Origin: a virus
IMG/VR virus record: IMGVR_UViG_3300006226_000002
DNA length: 53,137 bases
Reading direction: 5' to 3' (one strand)
Positions 1-7,364 of this stretch are shown here, piece after piece (the first letter of the stretch is position 1; each line of letters opens with the position of its first letter). The notes below the pieces were generated by a model. That model did no database searches, had not been told where the DNA came from, and worked only from the letters and a program-made list of their open reading frames with translations. Made by a program: the position numbers and the translations under genes.

Positions 1-127
1 GGGAGGATATGTTGCGACTTATCCTAATCTACAAAATGAAATTCCGATATTAATGCTTGTACTAGCGATTGAAGCTGCAAATGCGCCAAAAAGATCTAAA
101 AAAATGAGACACACCATTCATCGTAAA
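1..127. repeat. Terminal direct repeat, left copy, identical to 53011-53137 (circular-assembly overlap)
   Basis: Base-for-base identity read directly from the sequence. It lies inside a coding sequence that continues across the junction. Confidence 0.9.
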
Positions 128-145
128 TCCGGCGGTTGGGTATAG
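1..145 (+). CDS. 3' end of the LURP-one/YxjI-like gene that starts at 52457 (wraps over the contig junction)
   Basis: The reading frame of 52457-53137 continues through 128-145 (..HRKSGGWV) to TAG at 143-145. Confidence 0.7.
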   Translation, partial: GGYVATYPNLQNEIPILMLVLAIEAANAPKRSKKMRHTIHRKSGGWV

Positions 146-193
146 AATTACTTGTTAAGAGACGATAGTTTAAGGAAGGAGGGGCGGATATAA

Positions 194-796
194 ATGACAA
201 ATAATGATATTTTAAAAAATATTGAAAAAGCAGGAAAGATTGTAGGAACCGTCGCTGTAGCCGTTACACCTGTGGTAGCAGTTGCTGGCGCGGTCGCAGA
301 AAAAGTAAGTAAAACAGTTTCGGCAAAATCCGAAGATGAAAATAATTTGGTTTTAATTCCTAGTCTGTATTCTGAGGGTAAGCACTTAACTGTAGAAGAA
401 GTCAAACGCCGCCTTGAGGATCGCGAGTTAAAACCAGAATTAACTTTGGCGCTTAAAAATATAAAATATAAAGATTGTGTTGATCAGGAAGTTGTTGAAA
501 CTAATCCAAAAGAGAAGCAAAAAGTAAAAAAAGGGAGTTTTGTAGAAGTATTTTATGTTACATCAGAAGTAATCGAGGAGAGCAGGAGTTTATTTAAAGC
601 ATCTGAAAGACAGAAAGCTGAGATTGAACGGTCAAAACTAAATGAAAAATTAGAGAAACTAAAGATGAAAATCCAGCATGAATGTGAGCGCCATGAAAAA
701 GTTATGCAAAAACTTAATGAAGGGGCTTCACATATTAGAAAAGATATAGAGCGTTGGGACGAATTTATAGAGAATTCCCAAGAAGGAGCCTTGTAA
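194..796 (+). CDS. Membrane-anchored protein with a PASTA-like domain and a C-terminal coiled coil
   Basis: ATG follows AAGGAAGGAGG. There is a hydrophobic VAVAVTPVVAVAGAVA segment. LVLIPSLY...GSFVEVFYVT resembles the PASTA pattern. The C-terminal tail is rich in Lys, Glu and Leu. Confidence 0.5.
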   Translation: MTNNDILKNIEKAGKIVGTVAVAVTPVVAVAGAVAEKVSKTVSAKSEDENNLVLIPSLYSEGKHLTVEEVKRRLEDRELKPELTLALKNIKYKDCVDQEVVETNPKEKQKVKKGSFVEVFYVTSEVIEESRSLFKASERQKAEIERSKLNEKLEKLKMKIQHECERHEKVMQKLNEGASHIRKDIERWDEFIENSQEGAL

Positions 797-816
797 TTAG
801 GGCTCCTTTTTCTTTT
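783..816 (+). terminator. Rho-independent terminator with the stop codon in its loop
   Basis: 8-bp stem AAGGAGCC/GGCTCCTT with a 10-nt loop containing TAA 794-796, followed by a T-run. Confidence 0.6.
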
Positions 817-869
817 CGCACAAAAAACATGCCCTATAATGAAAATCTATAATTGAGAGGAGAATCACC
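815..869 (+). promoter_or_regulatory. Early promoter-like cassette, copy 1 (TTCGCA-N14-TATAAT-GAAAATCTA..-RBS)
   Basis: TTCGCA at 815-820, TATAAT at 835-840, then the RBS and ATG 870. One of six near-identical cassettes. Confidence 0.55.
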
Positions 870-1142
870 ATGGAAGAAATTAAAAACTTTGAGGCGATAT
901 TAAACGATTACCCACTCCCAGATGTTCCTGACACAAAAGAATTAGTCAGGAATTTAATAGGGATAATTAAAGGGTCATCGATGATTTCGCAAAAAGACAA
1001 AATCGAAATCGGCAAGGTGGCAAAGAAGTTATATGACTTAGAAGTAGAGGCAAAAGTATTAAGAGTCATTAGAATGCGCTATGAGCGGAAATTCGGAATA
1101 AGAATGTACGCTAATGGTAATTTTAAGGAGATCGAGGCTTAG
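870..1142 (+). CDS. Small early protein, unknown function
   Basis: ORF with a GAGAGGAGAATCACC RBS. The stop TAG sits in the terminator loop. Confidence 0.6.
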   Translation: MEEIKNFEAILNDYPLPDVPDTKELVRNLIGIIKGSSMISQKDKIEIGKVAKKLYDLEVEAKVLRVIRMRYERKFGIRMYANGNFKEIEA

Positions 1143-1157
1143 GCCTCTTTCTTTTTT
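1134..1157 (+). terminator. Short hairpin terminator GAGGC-TTAG-GCCTC plus T-run (family member)
   Basis: 5-bp stem. The loop TTAG contains stop TAG 1140-1142, followed by TTTCTTTTTT. Confidence 0.5.
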
Positions 1158-1170
1158 CAAGGAGAATTTT

Positions 1171-1530
1171 ATGCGGTATCACCATCAAAAACCTAAAATC
1201 TATATGTCAATATACGGAGAGATCTACATTTGTGATCACCCGGTTTATAGCCGATGTACGCTATTTTTAATTGATGATTTAGGACTAGCAGTGATACAGC
1301 AGCGTTTTGACATCGAGACGAAGAGTACATGGTGGAACGATATTGATCCCTGGCTTACTGATGAGCTATATTTACATCCACGTTTCAAAGAATTCTTTCA
1401 TGAACGTGCTGGAAAGTGTAAAGATGGCCTATATCCTACCGTTACAGTCAGACAGATCATGTGGGCTTTGAAGATGAAGCCGATTCCGAGAGAGCGTTGG
1501 GAGACTGTATTTGATAAGCGAGATATTTAA
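1171..1530 (+). CDS. Early protein, unknown function
   Basis: ATG 1171 follows AAGGAGA. The longer upstream ORF start at 1114 would overlap the terminator. Confidence 0.6.
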   Translation: MRYHHQKPKIYMSIYGEIYICDHPVYSRCTLFLIDDLGLAVIQQRFDIETKSTWWNDIDPWLTDELYLHPRFKEFFHERAGKCKDGLYPTVTVRQIMWALKMKPIPRERWETVFDKRDI

Positions 1531-1599
1531 CTCCAAAATACCAAGGTATCCGTACAATCTGCGGGTGCTATTTTTATGTCCGGAAGGAGGTTGACTTTT

Positions 1600-1824
1600 A
1601 TGGAATGGTATATATGGTTATTACTTGTAGTGATGCTCATTGGCGTTGTTGCGATATTTAAGAGAAGGGCTACGGACGGAGAGCTAATCATCGACACAAG
1701 CAATCCAGACAAAGATATTTACAGACTTGAACTTGGTAACGAACTTGAGAATTTGGGCCGCAAAAAGACTATTACATTTAAAATTGTGCATGGAGCTATT
1801 TCGCAAGAAAAACACACCCTATAA
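1600..1824 (+). CDS. Small single-pass membrane protein
   Basis: GGAAGGAGG lies 9 nt upstream of ATG 1600. Contains the hydrophobic segment WYIWLLLVVMLIGVVAIF. Confidence 0.55.
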   Translation: MEWYIWLLLVVMLIGVVAIFKRRATDGELIIDTSNPDKDIYRLELGNELENLGRKKTITFKIVHGAISQEKHTL

Positions 1825-1856
1825 TGAAAATCTATATTTTGAAAGGAGAAGGCGAA
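1800..1856 (+). promoter_or_regulatory. Early promoter-like cassette, copy 2
   Basis: TTCGCA at 1800-1805 and TATAAT at 1820-1825. The TATAAT contains the upstream stop TAA 1822-1824. Confidence 0.55.
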
Positions 1857-2186
1857 ATGAAATTATTCACCAAACGTAAGGACAAAAGGACAGAGTTAGA
1901 AAAAGAACGAGATGTTGCAATCGAGGACTTAAGAAATACGACCTGGGAAGCCGAAACGGAGGCTAATGAGAACGAGATCCATAAAAAGAATCTCTATAAC
2001 GAGAAATTGAAACGCATTGAGCGGCTTAACGACTTGATCGGAGAGAAGTCTAAAAAAGGGATCAGTCCTGATACGGCTTTGATTGTTGCGGCAAATTTAC
2101 TGGGAATCATGTTGATTATTTCCCACGAAAGAGTAAACGTCATAACTTCGAAAGCTTTGGGATTTGTAATGCGAGGGCGTGTGTAA
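1857..2186 (+). CDS. Early protein with a coiled coil and a C-terminal hydrophobic segment
   Basis: ATG 1857 follows GAAAGGAGAAGG. Confidence 0.6.
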   Translation: MKLFTKRKDKRTELEKERDVAIEDLRNTTWEAETEANENEIHKKNLYNEKLKRIERLNDLIGEKSKKGISPDTALIVAANLLGIMLIISHERVNVITSKALGFVMRGRV

Positions 2187-2200
2187 CAACACGCCTTTTC
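2175..2200 (+). terminator. Terminator hairpin GGCGTGT/ACACGCC with the stop codon in its loop
   Basis: 7-bp stem. The loop GTAACA holds TAA 2184-2186, followed by a T-rich tail. Confidence 0.55.
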
Positions 2201-2203
2201 TAT

Positions 2204-2258
2204 TTCGCAAGAAATACATGCTCTATAATGAAAATCTAAAATTGAAAGGGGCATCTTT
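2204..2258 (+). promoter_or_regulatory. Early promoter-like cassette, copy 3
   Basis: TTCGCA at 2204-2209 and TATAAT at 2224-2229. Confidence 0.55.
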
Positions 2259-2438
2259 ATGAAAACATTAGATACACTTATAGGCGGCGCATGTGTTGCG
2301 TTCTTAGCATTCTACGCAGGAGCGTTTGTTCAGGCACGAAGGCAACAGAAGGAAACAAATGAGACGTATATGAAAAGTATCAAACAGATTCAAGATGATA
2401 TTGAAACATTAGTAGAACTAAACAGGACGGAGGCTTAG
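2259..2438 (+). CDS. 59-aa membrane peptide (below the ORF-track cutoff)
   Basis: ATG 2259 follows GAAAGGGG. Contains LIGGACVAFLAFYAGAFV. The stop TAG lies in a terminator loop. Confidence 0.5.
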   Translation: MKTLDTLIGGACVAFLAFYAGAFVQARRQQKETNETYMKSIKQIQDDIETLVELNRTEA

Positions 2439-2453
2439 GCCTCTTTCTTTTTT
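2430..2453 (+). terminator. Hairpin terminator GAGGC-TTAG-GCCTC plus T-run (family member)
   Basis: Same module as 1134-1157. Stop TAG 2436-2438 lies in the loop. Confidence 0.5.
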
Positions 2454-2466
2454 GAAAGGAGATATT

Positions 2467-2817
2467 ATGGGGTCGTTAGCAGATAGCGGACATCGCAGAG
2501 AATTTGAAAGCGGAGCCGTACGCGATATGCAAGAAGGCAAAGGGCGTTGCGATTTACTCCCTGCATGTTCTTTATTACGTCTTGCCAAACATTACGAAGC
2601 TGGAGCCAAAAAGTATGAGGATCGTAACTGGGAAAAAGGCATTCCTATCAGCGTAATGATAGATAGCGGCTTGCGTCATATTTTTAAGTACTTAGATGGG
2701 CAGACGGACGAGGATCATCTAGCAGCCGCAGCTTGGAACATTCTCGGTGCTATGTGGATGGAAGAAAAACATCCAGACTTACAGGATATTCCCTCGCGTA
2801 GAAATCCTAGCCTATAA
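2467..2817 (+). CDS. dATP/dGTP diphosphohydrolase N-terminal-domain-like protein (DUF5664-like)
   Basis: The motifs SGAVRD..GKGRCDLLP..L..LAKHYEAGAKKYEDRNWEKG..RH..KYL.G..DEDHLAAAAWN match my recollection of that family. Confidence 0.5.
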   Translation: MGSLADSGHRREFESGAVRDMQEGKGRCDLLPACSLLRLAKHYEAGAKKYEDRNWEKGIPISVMIDSGLRHIFKYLDGQTDEDHLAAAAWNILGAMWMEEKHPDLQDIPSRRNPSL

Positions 2818-2846
2818 TGAAAATCTATATTTGAAAGGAGATAGTT
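2793..2846 (+). promoter_or_regulatory. Early promoter-like cassette, copy 4
   Basis: CTCGCG at 2793-2798 and TATAAT at 2813-2818. The TATAAT contains the stop TAA 2815-2817. Confidence 0.55.
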
Positions 2847-3023
2847 ATGAAGCTTGCAGATATGATTGTATCCGCGATAATCAAAAGAGGAATCTTTTAT
2901 GAAGCAAGGAATGTCGATACGATATTTGATATTCCTGTGCAAAACGAAGGCACAGAGCAGATTATCAAGATACAGTTCAAAGCAGAACATATGTCAATCA
3001 AAGTAGATAAGACGGAGACTTAG
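2847..3023 (+). CDS. 58-aa early protein (below the ORF-track cutoff)
   Basis: ATG 2847 follows GAAAGGAGA. The stop TAG lies in a terminator loop. Confidence 0.45.
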   Translation: MKLADMIVSAIIKRGIFYEARNVDTIFDIPVQNEGTEQIIKIQFKAEHMSIKVDKTET

Positions 3024-3060
3024 GTCTCTTTCTTTTTAGGAGTTTAGACTCCTTTTCTTT
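3015..3060 (+). terminator. Tandem hairpin terminators (GAGAC-TTAG-GTCTC and AGGAGT-TTAG-ACTCCT)
   Basis: Two consecutive stem-loops, each followed by a T-run. Confidence 0.55.
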
Positions 3061-3090
3061 ATGTTTTATCTTGAAAGGAGAAATCACCAT

Positions 3091-3882
3091 ATGGAAACAA
3101 AAGGAATTGTAAAAGTCGCAAAAAACCTCGGGGGAGTAATTTCCAAAAACAGTCCTACTATCTTGACTGTTTGCGCTGTTGGCGGGTTGGTTACGACTGC
3201 GATATTTGCGGTTAAGGCTACTCCGAAAGCTTTGCTCTTATTGGAAGAAGAGCAAAAAGAAAGGTGGGAAGAAAGATATGAGCATGAAGATGGATGGAGG
3301 CCAAACGACCTCACAGCTCTCGATGTTGTACGAATCACTTGGAAATACTATATCCCAGCTGGCGCAATCGGTCTCGCAAGTATCGCGTGTATTATCGGAG
3401 CTAATCACATCAGCCTTCGGCGTAACGCAGCGCTCGCAAGTGTGTATACCATCACAGAAGCCGCATTCAAGGAATATCAGGCCAAGGTCGCCGAAACGAT
3501 TGGACGTAACAAAGAGCTCAAAGTGCGCGATGAAATCTCCGGTGATCGTATCAAAAAGAATCCACCGGGTTCAAACGAGGTAATATTTACTGGAAAAGGA
3601 GAAGTCTTGTGTTACGATAGCTTGAGTGGGCGATATTTTAAGTCCAATATTGAACATATACGCCGGTCTGTCAACGAGTTAAACAAGCAATTCCTTACTG
3701 ATATGTGGATGAGCGTTAATGATTTATATTATGCGCTCGGATTAGCAGGAACAAAACTCGGTGACGAAATAGGTTGGGATCTTGATAAAGGGCTTCTCGA
3801 AATTCAATTCAACACACAACTTACAGTTGATGACGAGCCTTGTTTAGTTCTTAATTACGACATAATGCCGAAATTTATATAA
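3091..3882 (+). CDS. Membrane protein, paralogue A of 10692-11609
   Basis: ATG follows GAAAGGAGAAATCACC. It shares TM1, a [10 protein letters not shown] TM2 and a helical region with the 10692 ORF. Confidence 0.6.
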   Translation: [263 protein letters not shown]

Positions 3883-3901
3883 AGGAGGGTTGTAAACAGA
3901 T

Positions 3902-4090
3902 ATGGAGGATAGACTTATATGTAATAATTGTACTCATCAACATGTTTGTGTGCATAAAGACGAGTATTACCTCACACATGATGCATTTATGGAGAAACTG
4001 TCCGAAGCGCCGGTGCCATTCAAGCTCAATCTTCGCTGTAAGTATTTCAAAGAAGCGAAGCCAAAGTTATCACTGCGACTGCTGATTTAA
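3902..4090 (+). CDS. Small Cys-rich protein
   Basis: AAGGAGGG RBS. Contains CNNC..H..C.H. Confidence 0.45.
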   Translation: MEDRLICNNCTHQHVCVHKDEYYLTHDAFMEKLSEAPVPFKLNLRCKYFKEAKPKLSLRLLI

Positions 4091-4170
4091 TCTTCGGTAA
4101 ACCCTTGCACTATTCACCAAACTCCTGAAAAGGGGTTATTCTTTATGCTTGAAAGGAGAAGTTCTCACCA

Positions 4171-5076
4171 ATGTTTTGGAATCGGAAAAAGAAAACCAAA
4201 GAAAAACCCAAGCCCAAACCAAAACAATCCGCCCCTATACCAAAGAAACCGCACATAACTCCAAGTCCTACTCCCCCACCTAAGTTTGATAAACCTAAGG
4301 CTTCTGTTCCGCCTGTAGCCCAAAAAGTCTCCCGCGAACCACCAAGAGCGCCTCCCACAGCACACCTGGAACCAGAAAGAGAGTTTATGCGGATATTTAA
4401 GCGTCTTACATATCGGCATAGAGCATGGGATATTTGGAAGGACTTTGTTGTGATGTTTGCCTGCGCTTTGTCAAATCCTGTGGACAAGGCTCATTATAAT
4501 GAGCGTGAAGAGCTTTATATGAAAACCATCAAGAAGTATATAAAGCAGGAACAAAACATGTTTCCGGATCTTGTAGCTCAAACGGTCATGGCGTTGGAGT
4601 TGAATCCAGAACAAGACTTTTTAGGTAAAATCTACATGGATCTCAACCTCGGAAACGAGCGTGGAGGCCAATTCTTCACGCCGTATTGTGTTTGTGATAT
4701 GATGGTTAAAATTTCGTTGGGCGATGTAGTATCACACGTTGAGGAAGAAGGATATATAACCGTTAATGATCCATGTTGTGGTGCTGGTGCGACCTTGATT
4801 GCTGGAATTCATGAGGCCAAAAGGCAACTGGAAAAAGTAAAGCTTAATTTTCAAAACCATATACTTGTCGTTGGACAGGAAATTGACTTTACTACAGCGC
4901 TTATGTGCTACATTCAACTGTCTCTCCTCGGGGTGGCCGGATACATTAAGATTGGAAATACGCTAACCGACCCCATGACTTCATCTGATACATTGGAGAA
5001 CTATTGGTTTACTCCGATGTATTTTTTTGATGTTTGGAGTACAAGACGTCTTTTAAGAGGAAGAAACCTTTTGTGA
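4171..5076 (+). CDS. HsdM/N6-adenine methyltransferase-like protein lacking motif IV, with a Pro/Lys-rich N-terminus
   Basis: GQFFTP, NDPCCGAGATL (motif I) and VVGQEID (motif II) are present. No NPPF/Y motif occurs before the stop. Confidence 0.6.
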   Translation: MFWNRKKKTKEKPKPKPKQSAPIPKKPHITPSPTPPPKFDKPKASVPPVAQKVSREPPRAPPTAHLEPEREFMRIFKRLTYRHRAWDIWKDFVVMFACALSNPVDKAHYNEREELYMKTIKKYIKQEQNMFPDLVAQTVMALELNPEQDFLGKIYMDLNLGNERGGQFFTPYCVCDMMVKISLGDVVSHVEEEGYITVNDPCCGAGATLIAGIHEAKRQLEKVKLNFQNHILVVGQEIDFTTALMCYIQLSLLGVAGYIKIGNTLTDPMTSSDTLENYWFTPMYFFDVWSTRRLLRGRNLL

Positions 5077-5094
5077 AAGTGAGGCAAATTAGCG

Positions 5095-5409
5095 ATGACT
5101 AGAACAGTATTAAACAAGTGGCACGATGTAATTAACGAAGGTGACATGTACCCAACTTACACACGGGATAGCTGGGAGATACCCGTAGACGGTACCGAGA
5201 TATGGTGTACAGGTTGGAAAAGAGGCCAGACCATTAAGCCTTATGGAGACGGAATGCACGTTATCGTCGGAAGCGAAGTCTATCATAACGACCAGTTGAT
5301 GGGGATTCTTGATAGATGGGTTTCTGATGGCGAAACATGGGGGATTGAAGGCGTGAAAATGATACGAGAACAGCGGATAAATGGTATATGGGAGAAGGTG
5401 GATAAATGA
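5095..5409 (+). CDS. Hypothetical protein
   Basis: ORF packed tightly against its neighbours. Confidence 0.55.
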   Translation: MTRTVLNKWHDVINEGDMYPTYTRDSWEIPVDGTEIWCTGWKRGQTIKPYGDGMHVIVGSEVYHNDQLMGILDRWVSDGETWGIEGVKMIREQRINGIWEKVDK

Positions 5410-5645
5410 GCAATTTACACCGTGAAGTATGGGAGGGATGGACGCCGCAGAATTTTATCGATGCTCTTTCTGGCGAAATTGACATGATTATGTCTGGAGG
5501 ATCATGGAGAAAGCCTTTCGAAACAAAGAAGGAAATGATTGATTATATTATCGATCACCAACCGTACTACAAAAAATTAATCCCAGAAGTTAATAAGTAT
5601 TTTATAAACCGTTATAGCTTGAAAGGAGAAAACACCGATGCATAA
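5406..5645 (+). CDS. Hypothetical protein
   Basis: ATGA overlap with the upstream ORF. Confidence 0.55.
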   Translation: MSNLHREVWEGWTPQNFIDALSGEIDMIMSGGSWRKPFETKKEMIDYIIDHQPYYKKLIPEVNKYFINRYSLKGENTDA

Positions 5646-6387
5646 AACATTAATAAACGCCATCAATCTTTTGAAAAATGTGGTCACCCACGAAGGAACT
5701 CCAGAGGAAATCACTAAAGCAGCATCATATTTAACCGCTTGCGACGAATGTGCAAACATCCATGACCGATCATACGACGATAACAAAATTAGGATACTCG
5801 TCGAAAAATATTGTGACGAAGGCACTCCAAACCTCAATGCTTTAAATGGTGCAAAACGTTATAAAATCGGAGATGTTATCGACTTCACTCTTAATGATGG
5901 CGAGGAAGTTTCAGCCATGGCGGTTCGCCAGGATACGGACGGTATGGTCTTTATATTTGTCGATTGTCTTGCTAAGGAATATTCGATGAATGATAACAAT
6001 ATCAACGAAGGCGGCTATGAGAACTCCGATTTACGCTGGAGACTTAATAGTGAAATTCTTGATCGGCTCCCTTCTGAAATCAAGAACTCCCTAGTCAAGT
6101 TCGATAATGGCGACTATCTTAGGCTTCCAACAGAAAAAGAGATATTCGGTGAGAATCCATATGGTGAAAACGAGCCAAAAACCGTTGCTCAATTTGAACC
6201 GATGAAACTGCGCCGGAACAGAATCGCTTTCCAAGGAAAAGAGGGCGATTGGGAATGGTATTGGTTGCAAAATTCGGTAAAAGGTTCGGCTCCGCATTTC
6301 GCCCGTGTGAGTAGCCTTGGTTATGCGAATAGCACCGGTGCCTCGACCTCCCTTGGAGTCCGTCCTTGCTTAAAAATCAAATCCTAG
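5638..6387 (+). CDS. Second DGR variable protein (C-type-lectin-fold-like C-terminus, ..GVRPC..); contains VR2
   Basis: GAAAGGAGAAAACACC RBS. The 3' end matches the TR with adenine-only mismatches. Shares GGY.NS.LRWRLN and WYWL motifs with the tail target. Confidence 0.85.
   Translation: MHKTLINAINLLKNVVTHEGTPEEITKAASYLTACDECANIHDRSYDDNKIRILVEKYCDEGTPNLNALNGAKRYKIGDVIDFTLNDGEEVSAMAVRQDTDGMVFIFVDCLAKEYSMNDNNINEGGYENSDLRWRLNSEILDRLPSEIKNSLVKFDNGDYLRLPTEKEIFGENPYGENEPKTVAQFEPMKLRRNRIAFQGKEGDWEWYWLQNSVKGSAPHFARVSSLGYANSTGASTSLGVRPCLKIKS
6284..6372 (+). repeat. DGR variable repeat 2 (VR2)
   Basis: Gap-free alignment to TR 46719-46807. All 17 mismatches are at TR adenines. Confidence 0.85.
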
Positions 6388-6412
6388 CCCCCATAGTGGG
6401 GCGTTATCTTTT
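6387..6412 (+). terminator. GC hairpin GCCCC/GGGGC plus T-run, 15 nt downstream of VR2
   Basis: 5-bp GC stem at 6387-6402 followed by GTTATCTTTTT. Confidence 0.5.
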
Positions 6413-6429
6413 TAATAAGGAGATTGACT

Positions 6430-6648
6430 ATGGTTTGTAAACGATGCCAGGAATGTTCAGAAAAAGAAACCTGTGAATTTGTCAGGCAAACTCCGTTGAA
6501 AATCATACATCTTGAAGACACTGATCAGCCAAAATCCTATAAAGACCATACATATAAAATCGGGTATTTCGTAGGCGTTACGATCGGTCTATGTGTTACG
6601 GCCTGTTTAATCGCCGGAACAATTCGTTTTGTAATGTGGTTATTTTAG
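6430..6648 (+). CDS. Small protein with an N-terminal CxxC..C motif and a C-terminal TM helix
   Basis: ATG 6430 follows TAAGGAGA. Confidence 0.5.
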   Translation: MVCKRCQECSEKETCEFVRQTPLKIIHLEDTDQPKSYKDHTYKIGYFVGVTIGLCVTACLIAGTIRFVMWLF

Positions 6649-6663
6649 AAAAGGAGAAGCCAA

Positions 6664-6999
6664 ATGGATAAGATGAAGATCATCGCATGTGACTTCGATG
6701 GTACCCTAGCTACAAATGCATGGCCGGATATTGGAGAACCTATATTTGAGACCATTATAAGGCTTAAACAGGAGCAAGAAAACGGCGCAAGAATTATTCT
6801 ATGGACAAATCGCGTCGGTATACCGCTTCAGAATGCAATTGATTGGTGTACTAATCATAACATTCAATTCGATGCCATCAACGAAAATCTTCCTAATATC
6901 ATTGAATCTTTCGGAGGAGATCCAAGAAAAATATTTGCTAATGAATATTGGGACGATCGTATGGTGTTTCTTTCCCATTTGAAGCATCCGGATAAATGA
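6664..6999 (+). CDS. HAD-superfamily hydrolase/nucleotidase-like protein
   Basis: IIACDFDGTL matches HAD motif I (DxDxT). Small single-domain size. Confidence 0.55.
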   Translation: MDKMKIIACDFDGTLATNAWPDIGEPIFETIIRLKQEQENGARIILWTNRVGIPLQNAIDWCTNHNIQFDAINENLPNIIESFGGDPRKIFANEYWDDRMVFLSHLKHPDK

Positions 7000-7000
7000 A

Positions 7001-7054
7001 TTCGCGTGAATTACACGCCATATAATGAAACCTAAAATTGAAAGGAGAATTACG
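7001..7054 (+). promoter_or_regulatory. Early promoter-like cassette, copy 5
   Basis: TTCGCG at 7001-7006 and TATAAT at 7021-7026. Confidence 0.5.
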
Positions 7055-7231
7055 ATGAACATTATGGACATCATCAACGAAAACAGAGGAGTCATTATTA
7101 AAAGAGGTTTAATCGCATTAGGCGCGGTTGCAGGCTTAACAATAGTCAGTAAAGCCCTATTCGAGAGAAATCGTGATGACTACGAGCAAGAAGATGATAC
7201 AGATGGATTCGACGATTCGGAAGAAGAATAA
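7055..7231 (+). CDS. Small membrane protein with an acidic tail
   Basis: ATG 7055 follows GAAAGGAGAAT. Contains LIALGAVAGLTIV. Confidence 0.5.
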   Translation: MNIMDIINENRGVIIKRGLIALGAVAGLTIVSKALFERNRDDYEQEDDTDGFDDSEEE

Positions 7232-7364
7232 AATAGGCGACATAGAAGAGCGGTATTAAGGAAACTTAGTATCGCTTTTTTATTGTCTGAATTTAGAAAC
7301 TTTATGAAAGGAGAAATCACTATGTGACATAGATCACTTTGGTAATTAAGGAGGAAAGAGCACG

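Noticed and set aside
148-405. Minus-strand 85-aa ORF overlapping the start of 194-796.
   Set aside because: It is antisense to a better-supported + strand gene with a strong RBS. Every confident gene except int is on the + strand.
3179-3583. 134-aa + strand ORF nested out of frame inside 3091-3882. Similar nested ORFs occur at 7963-8220, 8254-8460, 9293-9673, 17021-17323 and elsewhere.
   Set aside because: They lie completely inside longer ORFs that have RBSs and recognisable motifs or paralogues. They have no independent support.
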